Sequence record: OZ346228.1
Direction: 5' to 3' (one strand)
DNA length: 64,000 bases
Source: a phage
The translations under genes and the position numbers were made by a program. The notes under the pieces are model-generated. The model saw only the letters and a list, made by a program, of their open reading frames with translations, was not told where the DNA came from and searched no databases. Positions 9,649-18,399 of the stretch are shown one piece after another; within the stretch, counting starts at the first letter, position 1; each line of letters begins with the position of its first letter.

Positions 9649-9894
9649 ATGAACAAAGGGTGGACATTTGTAGACGGCGTTAAAAACATGCCTCTAGGAA
9701 AGTATATTGTAGCCATGGCAGATGAGAATGGCAAGGTTGATTTCGGAGTTTGCGAGGTTGTTCTTGCAGGATCTGGTGACTATGCTCACAAAACTGGGAT
9801 AATTAACGGTCATTTCTACTTTGATTACAACCCTGTTGTGGCGTATATGGCTATGCCAGAGTTCGAGCTCCCAAAGGAAGGTGCAGATGTTTAA
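9649..9894 (+). CDS. hypothetical protein
   Basis: RBS caggagat. Confidence 0.55.
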   Translation: MNKGWTFVDGVKNMPLGKYIVAMADENGKVDFGVCEVVLAGSGDYAHKTGIINGHFYFDYNPVVAYMAMPEFELPKEGADV

Positions 9895-10084
9895 GCTTAA
9901 ATCTGCATGGAACATCGCTGTGGGGGACGAGATCCGTATCCCAGGTGGAAAGACCATTATGAAAATATCTCGTATCGAGTACGAAGGTGATCGTGTATTT
10001 CATATCTTTGCAGAAGATGGTCGAGAGATTTATATACAGGCAGGATCTCACATCTATATTCGTAAGAAAGGGGAGGACAAATGA
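9888..10084 (+). CDS. hypothetical protein
   Basis: RBS aaggaaggtg before ATG (MFKLKS...). Confidence 0.45.
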
Positions 10085-10410
10085 CAGAGATCATCATTTC
10101 AACTGCAGGGTATGTATTCCTGACAATCATTGCACTGGCTATTTTGGTGACAGTGTATGGGTTTGTTATCCTTCCTATCCTTGAGACATTTAGTTTGTGT
10201 CGGTGTTGGAGAAAAGCTTACGGTCCACAACCATGGAAGGACTGGCCCCACCTGGTGCGCTTAGCGTTCTCTTATGCTTACGATCACTCCAGTAGTGCAT
10301 GCATAACCGGATACCACGCCCACAACTGGAGCTGGGAAGGGTTGAGGAAATGGAATGTTACAAAGACCATACCTCTGCGCATGTACAAACCTAAAAACAA
10401 AGACAACTGA
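10081..10410 (+). CDS. hypothetical membrane protein
   Basis: RBS aaggggagga; hydrophobic segment IIISTAGYVFLTIIALAILVTVYGFVILPIL. Confidence 0.55.
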   Translation: MTEIIISTAGYVFLTIIALAILVTVYGFVILPILETFSLCRCWRKAYGPQPWKDWPHLVRLAFSYAYDHSSSACITGYHAHNWSWEGLRKWNVTKTIPLRMYKPKNKDN

Positions 10411-10990
10411 TACTTGAAAATTCCTGGCATATCAAGTATAAGGGGGATTTCTAAAATGGATTTCCTCCTTTTGATATTTCACCGGGCTGGATATTTTAAA
10501 ATTCTTAGAAAATCAGAAAATGGATCGAAAACTAAAATGGATTTTTCAGAGTAGGCGCGACAAGCTGAATAACTCATCCTATCGTTTGCACCATATTCCA
10601 GGCCACCATTATAGATTTCCCACACATGCTAACCTCTCCCTACTAGAACTTCCTCCACTTACCCTTGACCTTCTATGGTAACAATCTAACCGCTATCTTG
10701 AAGTTGCGGTGCAGCTTTCCAGGTACTCGATCTACTTTTCATTTCAGGGCTTGGATTTTCTGAAAATTTTTCTCGATAAATTTCTCAGTACTCGATCTGT
10801 TTTTCGTTTTCTGAATCGGATTTTCTGGAAATCGTTCCGGCTCTCAACCTGAAATTTTTGGGGACGAAATCGATTTTTCGTTTTCAGAAATGGATTTTTA
10901 AAATTTCTATATGGGAATATTTTAGTGGATACTGTTTTATAGGAAATTGTTACGGAGGGTAATTAGCATGCTAATTAAATTTATTAAATG
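10411..10990. repeat. iteron-like non-coding tract with several short direct repeat families
   Basis: aaaatggattt (about 4 copies), ggattttctg (2), gtactcgatct (2), cgatttttcgttttc (2); no credible ORF. Confidence 0.6.
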
Positions 10991-11009
10991 CGAGGAGTTC
11001 TCATTTAGA

Positions 11010-11240
11010 ATTTTGAATGATAATCATTCTCGTTTGCAGAATAACGGGCAGGCCCGGTGATTGTCTCCCGGCCCCTGTTGCCCCGGCTTGTTATTATAGT
11101 ATCACACAGGACAAAGAAAGCAAGGACTTTTTGCATAAATTTTTAAATGATAATGATAACCGTTCTCATTTTATGCAGCGCCCATCCCCGGTGGTTGTCT
11201 CCCCCGTCACCGGTGCCTGCCGTCCTTTCGATATGTATAT
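11010..11240 (+). promoter_or_regulatory. two Fur-box-like sequences, each heading a conserved GC-rich element
   Basis: gaatgataatcattctc at 11015-11031 and aaatgataatgataacc at about 11145-11161 resemble the Fur box GATAATGATAATCATTATC; each followed by tgcag... and a GGTGRTTGTCTCCC hairpin-like element. Confidence 0.45.
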
Positions 11241-11594
11241 TGTGCCACCTGGCGGGGCCGCTGTCAACACTTTTCAAAAAATTTTTCTAACCTGGTGCGC
11301 TAACCGTTGCAACCTGGCGGGGCCAGCCTGGCAGGACCTAACTGACCAGGTAGGGGAGAATGAAGGCTTGTAAACCTGGTGGGCCTATGCTACAGGATAG
11401 GTAACAATTGAAGAGGAGGTACAAAAATGATATGATCCCCCTGGAAAATGTAGCTATTAATGACTCTGAGGCTATCGCCCTGGTTGAAAAGGCTATGGCG
11501 GGAGCGTTGGAACATAAAGAAGAGTACGAAAATGGTGGTTAACCTGGCGGGGGCGGCAGGTGGATTCTATCATAAAAATAATTTAAAATAGTAG

Positions 11595-11623
11595 TTGACA
11601 ACAAGGTTAATCATGGTATTATT
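11595..11623 (+). promoter_or_regulatory. sigma70-type promoter
   Basis: TTGACA at 11595-11600, 17 nt spacer, -10-like ATTATT. Confidence 0.5.
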
Positions 11624-11672
11624 ACCCTACAAGGTGAACAACACCGCACTAACCAGTAAAGAGGATAAATTT

Positions 11673-11870
11673 ATGAACGCATACGGGATCAAAGTACGTC
11701 GCAACACTCGCCAGGTGGTCACCAATCAAGTGATTTGCCGGGTGGATGTAACCATCAACAACGGGCAAGGCCTTTATAAATTTCGTCGCGGTCATAGCTA
11801 TACCCTGCAACAGCTTAATCGTTGCGCCCTGACAAAAGGTCAGATCAACCACTGGTTTAATAAAAAATAA
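11673..11870 (+). CDS. hypothetical protein
   Basis: RBS aaagaggataaa before ATG; promoter upstream. Confidence 0.5.
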   Translation: MNAYGIKVRRNTRQVVTNQVICRVDVTINNGQGLYKFRRGHSYTLQQLNRCALTKGQINHWFNKK

Positions 11871-11873
11871 GTA

Positions 11874-11902
11874 TTGACATACAGTCAGACACCAAATACA
11901 CT
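11874..11902 (+). promoter_or_regulatory. sigma70-type promoter
   Basis: TTGACA with -10-like TACACT about 17 nt downstream. Confidence 0.5.
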
Positions 11903-11934
11903 AAAAGCACAAAAGACACTAAGAGGATAAAATC

Positions 11935-12120
11935 ATGAAAACCACTACCTTTAATTTTGATAATGCAGACTTTTCTTTTTCTGATGTCAAGAACTGCCGC
12001 CGTGATCGTGGATTTTACAAGGCTTATAATCTGGTGGGCCTGGACGATGACAATAATTTGCACGAAGTAGCTGAGATCCAGCTTGACAGATTGGACGGGA
12101 AAGTACTAAAAACTTATTGA
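11935..12120 (+). CDS. hypothetical protein
   Basis: RBS aagaggataaaa. Confidence 0.5.
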   Translation: MKTTTFNFDNADFSFSDVKNCRRDRGFYKAYNLVGLDDDNNLHEVAEIQLDRLDGKVLKTY

Positions 12121-12121
12121 G

Positions 12122-12167
12122 TTTATTTTTAGATGGCCTTGACACCAGGGCCATCAATAAAGTAAAC
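12122..12167 (+). repeat. repeated promoter/palindrome element, copy 1
   Basis: tttatttttagatggccttgacaccagggccatcaataaagtaaac; inverted repeat GATGGCC...GGCCATC enclosing TTGACA; directly follows a stop codon. Confidence 0.7.
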
Positions 12168-12320
12168 TAACCACAGTTGAGCGGAAAAGGAGGCTTAAAG
12201 ATGAGCACTACACGCCAGCACACAAAGGTAACCATCATCGTTTGCATCATTGGGTACATCCTGGCGCAAATGTTGATGGGTAGCGCCAACGGTGTCGCAA
12301 AATTTTTCTTAAACTTTTAA

Positions 12321-12348
12321 TTGACAAGCTAACTTAAATCGATATAAT
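12321..12348 (+). promoter_or_regulatory. sigma70-type promoter with AT-rich upstream tract
   Basis: TTGACA, 16 nt spacer, TATAAT. Confidence 0.7.
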
Positions 12349-12399
12349 AAGCACATAAACGGGAAAACTTCCCAGAACACACAAAAGGAGAAAAACACC

Positions 12400-12741
12400 A
12401 TGACTACTATGACCGCCTCAGAAAAAGCTATGCAGATCGCTGAACTGAAAAAACAGATCGCAGACCTTGAGAATAAGATCGATAACTTTGAAATCGACGA
12501 GGACAAGTACGACGAAAACTATGATGAATGGTTAGACGAGATCTACGGCGAAATTATGATCGGAAACATTTCTTTTCTTCCGTCGCGTATCCTCAAGGAG
12601 CTAGATCCTATCGCTTACCGCTGCGGATTTAGCGACTACATCGACAGCCTGGATATTGAGGACGATGAAGAATACCAGGAATTACAGACAGAGTTAGAAG
12701 AAGCAAAAGAAGAGCTTGCGGAGCTGGAAGAAAACGAGTAA
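12400..12741 (+). CDS. hypothetical acidic coiled-coil protein
   Basis: RBS aaaaggagaaaaa; promoter upstream. Confidence 0.6.
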   Translation: MTTMTASEKAMQIAELKKQIADLENKIDNFEIDEDKYDENYDEWLDEIYGEIMIGNISFLPSRILKELDPIAYRCGFSDYIDSLDIEDDEEYQELQTELEEAKEELAELEENE

Positions 12742-12742
12742 G

Positions 12743-12788
12743 CTTATTTTTAGATGGCCTTGACACCAGGGCCATCAATAAAGTAAAC
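12743..12788 (+). repeat. repeated promoter/palindrome element, copy 2
   Basis: Identical core to 12122-12167, immediately after a stop codon. Confidence 0.7.
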
Positions 12789-12830
12789 TTTATACTGTTA
12801 ACACTGAACTAATGCATAGGAGTTAAAACC

Positions 12831-13076
12831 ATGGCAGCACTAATCACCAAATATTATGCCCCTACCAACACCAAAAGCGCCCGTATCATGGTAAAAGGCT
12901 TCGGACGTAAAAAGGTGTACACCTGGGATTATGCCTTAGACACGGAAGACAACTACACCAACGCAATGACCGATTTTATTAATGAACTAAATAAGCAGAT
13001 CTTGACAAGTTATAAAGTGACCGATATTGCTTATATAGGTGAAGGCGGGATCTGTTTTGTAGGCATTGTGAAATAG
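12831..13076 (+). CDS. hypothetical protein
   Basis: RBS ataggagtt. Confidence 0.55.
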   Translation: MAALITKYYAPTNTKSARIMVKGFGRKKVYTWDYALDTEDNYTNAMTDFINELNKQILTSYKVTDIAYIGEGGICFVGIVK

Positions 13077-13150
13077 TTATTTTTTCGGTGGTCCTGGTTG
13101 CAGGGCCATCTATAAAGATAATTTATTAACACCATGAAAGGAGAAAGTAC

Positions 13151-13504
13151 ATGATCAGCGGGGCAAGTTTTATTATTGGCGCTATTGCTACGGCTTTAAT
13201 TGTAAATAAGATCCAGGATAAAAAGGAAAGAGGAAGTACCGCCCTTGCAGAATATCCATTTTGGGCATTCAACGATAACGAAGATTATATTATAAAGTAT
13301 AAAAATAAAGAAGGTGACCAAGTAACACCGCGACCGATCCCGGCTTACAAAATGCAGGAAACACTATACCGCCTGGAGGCGGGTGGCGCAAAAATTGTAG
13401 ACTTTTGGGGATACGACCACACAGATCAGGAAGTTATAAAGCGCCGTATCCGGGCTATTCAGGCCAATATTGAAGTTAGCAAGGGGGGAATATATGAAAA
13501 TTAA
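13151..13504 (+). CDS. hypothetical protein with N-terminal hydrophobic segment
   Basis: RBS gaaaggagaaag. Confidence 0.55.
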   Translation: MISGASFIIGAIATALIVNKIQDKKERGSTALAEYPFWAFNDNEDYIIKYKNKEGDQVTPRPIPAYKMQETLYRLEAGGAKIVDFWGYDHTDQEVIKRRIRAIQANIEVSKGGIYEN

Positions 13505-13691
13505 TTTCGAGAAAATTGTAAAGCGCCCTCATGATTCCGAAGAGCTGCCAGAACGCCGCCAGCGTAACAATAAACTGAATAAGCCAAAAAGGTTTGGGAA
13601 GATCTGGCGTAATCATTATGATCGTAAATTGCCCGGCCTACTTTTGGAACGTGAACGACAGGCAGAACGATACCGCCATAAAGACAAATAA
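13494..13691 (+). CDS. hypothetical basic protein
   Basis: RBS aagggggg before ATG (MKINFEK...). Confidence 0.45.
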   Translation: MKINFEKIVKRPHDSEELPERRQRNNKLNKPKRFGKIWRNHYDRKLPGLLLERERQAERYRHKDK

Positions 13692-13699
13692 CAACCAAC

Positions 13700-13730
13700 G
13701 CCCCGCCATTGTGCGGGGCTTTTTATTTCT
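13700..13730 (+). terminator. rho-independent terminator
   Basis: gccccgcc-attgt-gcggggc followed by ctttttatttct. Confidence 0.8.
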
Positions 13731-13848
13731 ATCCTACGAATAGCGCCCCTGGTTGGCCCTGTAAGCGCCAAAAAGGCCCCCACCTATGCAATCGCCCCTT
13801 TAACCTGAAAACATCGCCCAGGGCCGTTTCATGGCGTTAAAAATATCA

Positions 13849-13876
13849 TTGACATCGTCAACAGGTTAGCTATACT
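13849..13876 (+). promoter_or_regulatory. sigma70-type promoter
   Basis: TTGACA, 16 nt spacer, TATACT. Confidence 0.65.
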
Positions 13877-13908
13877 AACCACATCAAAGAGAGAAAGGAG
13901 TAAACGCC

Positions 13909-14169
13909 ATGCGTAAATTAAAAAATTTTGATAAAGTTGATGTTATCCTGAATAATTTTTACTACTGCAACAACAAGGCTATTTGGTGGCGTGATAGTTC
14001 CACCGATAAAGTCAGGGCGCGCTTTCTTCAGGGGCACTGGCAAGGCCGCCCAGTGATTAAAATCATGGGGCAATCGGTAGCGTTTAAAAATTGCCGCCGT
14101 GTTGATGACGTTGAGGAGATTTTAAACATTTTGCGCCACAATAATTTAAAAAATAGTGTTGACAAGTAA
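13909..14169 (+). CDS. hypothetical protein
   Basis: RBS gaaaggag. Confidence 0.5.
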   Translation: MRKLKNFDKVDVILNNFYYCNNKAIWWRDSSTDKVRARFLQGHWQGRPVIKIMGQSVAFKNCRRVDDVEEILNILRHNNLKNSVDK

Positions 14170-14186
14170 GCCTCAATAAGTATACT
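14159..14186 (+). promoter_or_regulatory. sigma70-type promoter (overlaps end of preceding ORF)
   Basis: TTGACA, 16 nt spacer, TATACT. Confidence 0.6.
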
Positions 14187-14243
14187 TAAACACACAGGCG
14201 GGAAAACTTCCCGCCACTAACAAAGAAAATAGGAGAAAATATC

Positions 14244-14867
14244 ATGACCACCGTTAACATTACCGCAGGTTACAATTTATCTTTCGACGTGCTGACCGAC
14301 GAACAAAAAGAAAAAGCCGTTGAAATGGTCCGCGAAAGAGAAGAACACAGCGGGGATAACTTTTTTGCAGAAAGTGTAATTGAATACTATAAAGAATATG
14401 TTTTTCCAGAGTATGGCCTTGAAGATACCGAAGTACATTGGTCAGGCTTTTGGTGCCAGGGTGACGGCGCGTCAATCAGTGCTGAAAACGTGGATTTAGA
14501 AAAATTTTTACGTAAAGTAAAGGCCCTGACCAAGTTCCGATCAATTCGTCACTTGTTCGGCACAATGCACGATGGCGAGTTATCAGCCAGTGTTGAACGC
14601 GACAAGTACAGCCATTACAGCCATGAAAACACTGTAAGCGGGTACATTGATACCACTTGGCTAGATCTGACCGCCAAACAAGAAAACAAAGTGGAAGACC
14701 TGGAAGAACTGATCACCGAGACGGTACGGGAGCTATCCCGCAAGGTTTACGTAGACCTGGAGGAGGCCTATCTAGAACAGTTCACCGCAGAAAACCTGAT
14801 CGGCCTTATCGAGGCCAATGATTGGCGGTTTGATGTCGATGAATATGGTGAGATGACTTTTTCATAA
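14244..14867 (+). CDS. hypothetical protein
   Basis: RBS aataggag; 207 aa. Confidence 0.6.
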   Translation: MTTVNITAGYNLSFDVLTDEQKEKAVEMVREREEHSGDNFFAESVIEYYKEYVFPEYGLEDTEVHWSGFWCQGDGASISAENVDLEKFLRKVKALTKFRSIRHLFGTMHDGELSASVERDKYSHYSHENTVSGYIDTTWLDLTAKQENKVEDLEELITETVRELSRKVYVDLEEAYLEQFTAENLIGLIEANDWRFDVDEYGEMTFS

Positions 14868-14957
14868 ATAAAGTGTTGCAATAACCTAAAAACCTGCTAT
14901 ATTAAAACTCAAGGGGGCAAGACGTTTGCCCCAACACAAAACAAAGAGGATAACATC

Positions 14958-15338
14958 ATGAAAAACACTACCAAGGCTATTGACACCGTTATGTTTAACC
15001 TGGTTACATTCCGTGAAGATATGAAAGATCTTCCTCGTGAAACAGTGTGCGACCATATCGAAAACTATCGCAAACTAATCAAAGAGTTGCCTTTAAAACG
15101 TGATCAATATGCGGCTAACGCCATGCTTAATGCCATGATCAAAAAGATGATCCAGTGTGATTTAACCCTGGCCTATGATTATGCAGGCGGTCGTTTTGCA
15201 GTATACAATCAGCCCGTGCCCGGTATGAGCACCACCGAAGAATTGCACGCGCTCAATCTAAAACAAGACGTGTGGGATAGTATGCCTCGCGTGGTGGTAT
15301 GGGTAGAAAGCGGAAAGATTTACGGCGATAATTTTTAA
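14958..15338 (+). CDS. hypothetical protein
   Basis: RBS aaagaggataa; promoter-like TTGCAA...TATATT upstream. Confidence 0.55.
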   Translation: MKNTTKAIDTVMFNLVTFREDMKDLPRETVCDHIENYRKLIKELPLKRDQYAANAMLNAMIKKMIQCDLTLAYDYAGGRFAVYNQPVPGMSTTEELHALNLKQDVWDSMPRVVVWVESGKIYGDNF

Positions 15339-15402
15339 TCAGGTAGCAGGCGGCATATTTGCCGCCTTATTGTTAATCAGAACTGTAAAAGAGGTACATA
15401 GA

Positions 15403-15774
15403 ATGGAATTTATTATTTTGGCTGTATTGGTTGCCTTGTTTAACGCCTGGATCGCTGGCAAGATGGGAAGATCCGCCTTTTTATGGTTTATTATATCTAT
15501 TTTCCTGGGGGTGGTTGCAACTATTGTATTGGTTATCCTTGCAATTGTTGACAAGGGGAATAATAGAAAGGGTAAAGTATTTTCAGACCTGTACGACGCT
15601 CAAACGTTTGTCAACGCCTATTATAGTGATCTTCCAGTCTCCCTACGTTGCAGCCTTGCACAACAGGTTTTCGATGAAGCTAAAACCAGAGATCACGCCC
15701 ATGAGATTTGTTTAACTGAGGCGGATCGCCTATTTGAGAGGAATAGAAAATATGTGGACCAGCCGTTTAAATAA
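15403..15774 (+). CDS. hypothetical membrane protein
   Basis: RBS aagaggtac; two hydrophobic segments. Confidence 0.5.
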   Translation: MEFIILAVLVALFNAWIAGKMGRSAFLWFIISIFLGVVATIVLVILAIVDKGNNRKGKVFSDLYDAQTFVNAYYSDLPVSLRCSLAQQVFDEAKTRDHAHEICLTEADRLFERNRKYVDQPFK

Positions 15775-16117
15775 TGCCACGTTAATTAACCCCTTTAGTA
15801 AAGATTTGAAGCCAGCCGCCTGGCGGGATGGATTCAATAACGAACGCTTTATTTTCAGGCCTGATCTTGAGGAATTTTATAACAATGGATCGAACAACAG
15901 CGGAGATAATTTTTCTTGTGGTGTGTGTCGTGATAGGACTCCTGGGGGGCCATTGTAGATCGCGTCACTACTACCAGAAGGAAAGGGGAGACGATGACAA
16001 CCAAGGATAAGCCCCGCACCGATAAGGTGCGCCGTGTTATGGTATGGCTTGAGATCATCGCCCTTGAAATATTGTTAGGCGTAGGGATGTATTTTATCTC
16101 TGTAAGTAACTGATAAC

Positions 16118-16150
16118 GGCCCCCGATCCCTGGGGGGCCTAACTTTTTTC
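16118..16150 (+). terminator. rho-independent terminator
   Basis: ggccccc-gatccct-ggggggcc followed by a T run. Confidence 0.8.
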
Positions 16151-16256
16151 AAAAAATTTTTCTTCCGGGGTGTTGCAATCCGGTCCTGAATATGGATAAT
16201 AACAATCAACGGGGAAACATCCCCACCAACACAAAAACCAGAAAGGAGAAACAAAA

Positions 16257-16457
16257 ATGAGCAACAATATCCGCGTTATTAACTTCAAAAAAGAAGAAAA
16301 AATTGCCGTGCTGATTGACGGTCAAGAAATCTTCAAGGGCGACTATGAAGATCATCAAACGGCGATTAGTATCACTCGCGTGATTGGTTACCATAATTTT
16401 TACCCCCAAGGCGCTGAGGCGGCGGTTAAACGAATCAAAGAGATTGTAGGCCTGTAA
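16257..16457 (+). CDS. hypothetical protein
   Basis: RBS aaaggagaaac. Confidence 0.5.
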   Translation: MSNNIRVINFKKEEKIAVLIDGQEIFKGDYEDHQTAISITRVIGYHNFYPQGAEAAVKRIKEIVGL

Positions 16458-16461
16458 AATT

Positions 16462-16505
16462 TATTTTTAGATGGCCTTGACTCTAGGGCCATCAATAAAG
16501 TAAAT
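16462..16505 (+). repeat. repeated promoter/palindrome element, copy 3 (variant)
   Basis: ttatttttagatggccttgactctagggccatcaataaagtaaat, immediately after a stop codon. Confidence 0.7.
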
Positions 16506-16550
16506 TTAAACCCTGTTAAAATACCACGCAGTTAACAAGGAGTAATGATC

Positions 16551-16850
16551 ATGTTTATCCAGGCTAATAATCTTTATTTCTTTGATGGTCAGATCGTAGA
16601 TGGTGTGGAAGTGGAGATCACTGGGTGCCCTGGTGGTCAGGCTATGACTTTTCGGAATAATGCCTTTGATGATTCTCATATCGTTATGAGAATGGAAGTT
16701 ACAAAGCTGGACGACAAGAAAACGCTCATTGACTATTCCGTGAAAGATCATCCAGACTACCACATGATCTATGGTGATTTGTGCATTGTTGACCGTGACA
16801 AGGTGGGCGGCATTGTGATCGCTATTGTGAACGATGTTTTCTCTGTATAG
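16551..16850 (+). CDS. hypothetical protein
   Basis: RBS aaggag 8 nt before ATG. Confidence 0.5.
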   Translation: MFIQANNLYFFDGQIVDGVEVEITGCPGGQAMTFRNNAFDDSHIVMRMEVTKLDDKKTLIDYSVKDHPDYHMIYGDLCIVDRDKVGGIVIAIVNDVFSV

Positions 16851-16907
16851 TTCCGCAAATGATGCAAAAGAAGGCCCCTAGCAGGGCCTACAGCGATATA
16901 ATCACAT

Positions 16908-16941
16908 AAAGGCCATGCAACCGCATGGCCTTTATTATTTT
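16908..16941 (+). terminator. rho-independent terminator
   Basis: aaaggccatgc-aacc-gcatggccttt followed by attatttt. Confidence 0.85.
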
Positions 16942-17073
16942 GGCGTTACAGCGGCCCCAAGGCGCTTAAAAATTTTTTAAAGAAGTACTTGCATCAAGCC
17001 CTACAATATGGATAATAGGACGTGTCAGGGGGGGAGGCCCCAATCATTAACCGGATAGATAGGAGTTAAAACC

Positions 17074-17358
17074 ATGGCTATTGTTACCGCTGGCGATGTA
17101 GTAGAAATGGAAGCAAAATACTTAAAAGCGGGTATGCATATCCTACGCAACGATCTTGAACTGGTCCTGACAATGGTTGACTATAACCCAGGGCAAGATT
17201 ATCCAAGTGTTGACTACTTTTTTGAGTATGTTGATGAAGAGTTGAAAGAGGATGAGGCCTATTGCGGTGAGTTCTGCAACTTCTTTTGTCCTGATGAGGT
17301 TGTAAAGGTTATCTATCAACCTGGCGTAGCTTTCCCGCTGCACGCTATCAATAAATAA
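17074..17358 (+). CDS. hypothetical acidic protein
   Basis: RBS ataggagtt. Confidence 0.5.
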   Translation: MAIVTAGDVVEMEAKYLKAGMHILRNDLELVLTMVDYNPGQDYPSVDYFFEYVDEELKEDEAYCGEFCNFFCPDEVVKVIYQPGVAFPLHAINK

Positions 17359-17420
17359 ACCTGGCGGGGCCGAAAAGGCCCCCGCCTGAAATTATGAAAA
17401 ATAAAAAGAGGCAAACTATC

Positions 17421-17654
17421 ATGATGGAACAAATTAAACGCGCTGAGGCTATTAATGGCAATGTAATCTATTTTGTCAGCAAAAACGAAAAAGGCGTACC
17501 CTATGCGGCGGTAATAGTACAGCCTGACGGCGATTATTGGTGCACTGTGTACGGCGCTTATTCTTTTGGGCGTCCAGTGCATGATAAAATTTTGAAAGTA
17601 GCGAACCCTACCGGGAAAAATATTACAGCAGAAAAATTTTTTGAAAAAAGTTGA
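17421..17654 (+). CDS. hypothetical protein
   Basis: RBS aaagaggc before internal ATG (MMEQIK...). Confidence 0.5.
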   Translation: MMEQIKRAEAINGNVIYFVSKNEKGVPYAAVIVQPDGDYWCTVYGAYSFGRPVHDKILKVANPTGKNITAEKFFEKS

Positions 17655-17683
17655 CATGACCATATAAAACTGTAGTATATAAA
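17651..17683 (+). promoter_or_regulatory. sigma70-type promoter
   Basis: TTGACA followed by TATATAAAT-type -10 region; precedes a 59 aa ORF at 17731-17910. Confidence 0.5.
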
Positions 17684-18002
17684 TCAAAAGGGGGCAACAA
17701 GCCCCACCAACCACAAAGAGGATAAAAAATCATGGCTATTATTGCAAAGACCGAGATCGTAGGCTTAGATTCTATTCTCCTCGCATATGAGGAAGCTATA
17801 GAAATGTATGTGGTTTCCTATGGTGAGTATATCCGTGAATATGAATCTATTGATCTAGCTTTTGAATGTTATATTCGCCAGGTTAATAAAGCGTACGATG
17901 ATTATCGTTAAAATAGTTTGACAACAAACAACCATCTAACAAAGCATAATACATAAGGTGGTAGAATGATCCGCCACCCGGAACAAAGAAGAGGTAAACA
18001 CC

Positions 18003-18248
18003 ATGAAAAGCAATAAAGGTTATAACGGTTACAAAAACAAAACTCATTGGAATGTAAGCCTTTGGATTAATAACGATGAGTCATTGTACCGGTTGGCCCA
18101 AGGATTTATTAACGCTAATGCTAATCGTAATGATGCGGCGCGGGATATGATGCTTTTTCTGGAGCTAACCGGACAAGATAAGACCCCGGACGGCTTCAAG
18201 TACAGCACTACGGCGATCCGTGCCGCGATGGTTGGAATGAAACACTAA
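18003..18248 (+). CDS. hypothetical protein
   Basis: RBS aagaggtaaa. Confidence 0.5.
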   Translation: MKSNKGYNGYKNKTHWNVSLWINNDESLYRLAQGFINANANRNDAARDMMLFLELTGQDKTPDGFKYSTTAIRAAMVGMKH

Positions 18249-18399
18249 AAGCACATAGCCGCCAGATCTCAGAATTTACGTACGCTCACCAGTCTATAGC
18301 CTGCTAAGTATTTATTCCAACCATAGAATAACGGAATAGTCAATACCTGCATAAAATAATTATTCGTGTAAACTGCATAACATAAATCGGCTAGGATGT

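Noticed and set aside
11017-11373. 118 aa ORF spanning the Fur-box repeat region
   Set aside because: No RBS, Pro/Gly/Cys-rich composition that tracks the GC-rich repeats, and the underlying DNA is clearly repetitive; more likely regulatory or non-coding.
12122-16505. Possibility that the repeated 45 bp palindromic elements form a CRISPR array
   Set aside because: Only three or four copies, irregular spacing (hundreds to thousands of bp), and each follows a stop codon and precedes an RBS-bearing gene.
17359-17390. Hairpin ggcggggcc-gaaaa-ggcccccgcc as a rho-independent terminator
   Set aside because: Stable stem but not followed by a T run; kept only as part of the recurrent AACCTGGCGGGGCC motif finding.
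17918-17950. TTGACA hexamer upstream of 18003-18248 as a complete promoter
   Set aside because: No acceptable -10 hexamer at 16-18 nt spacing; the nearest TATAAT-like element is about 21 nt away.
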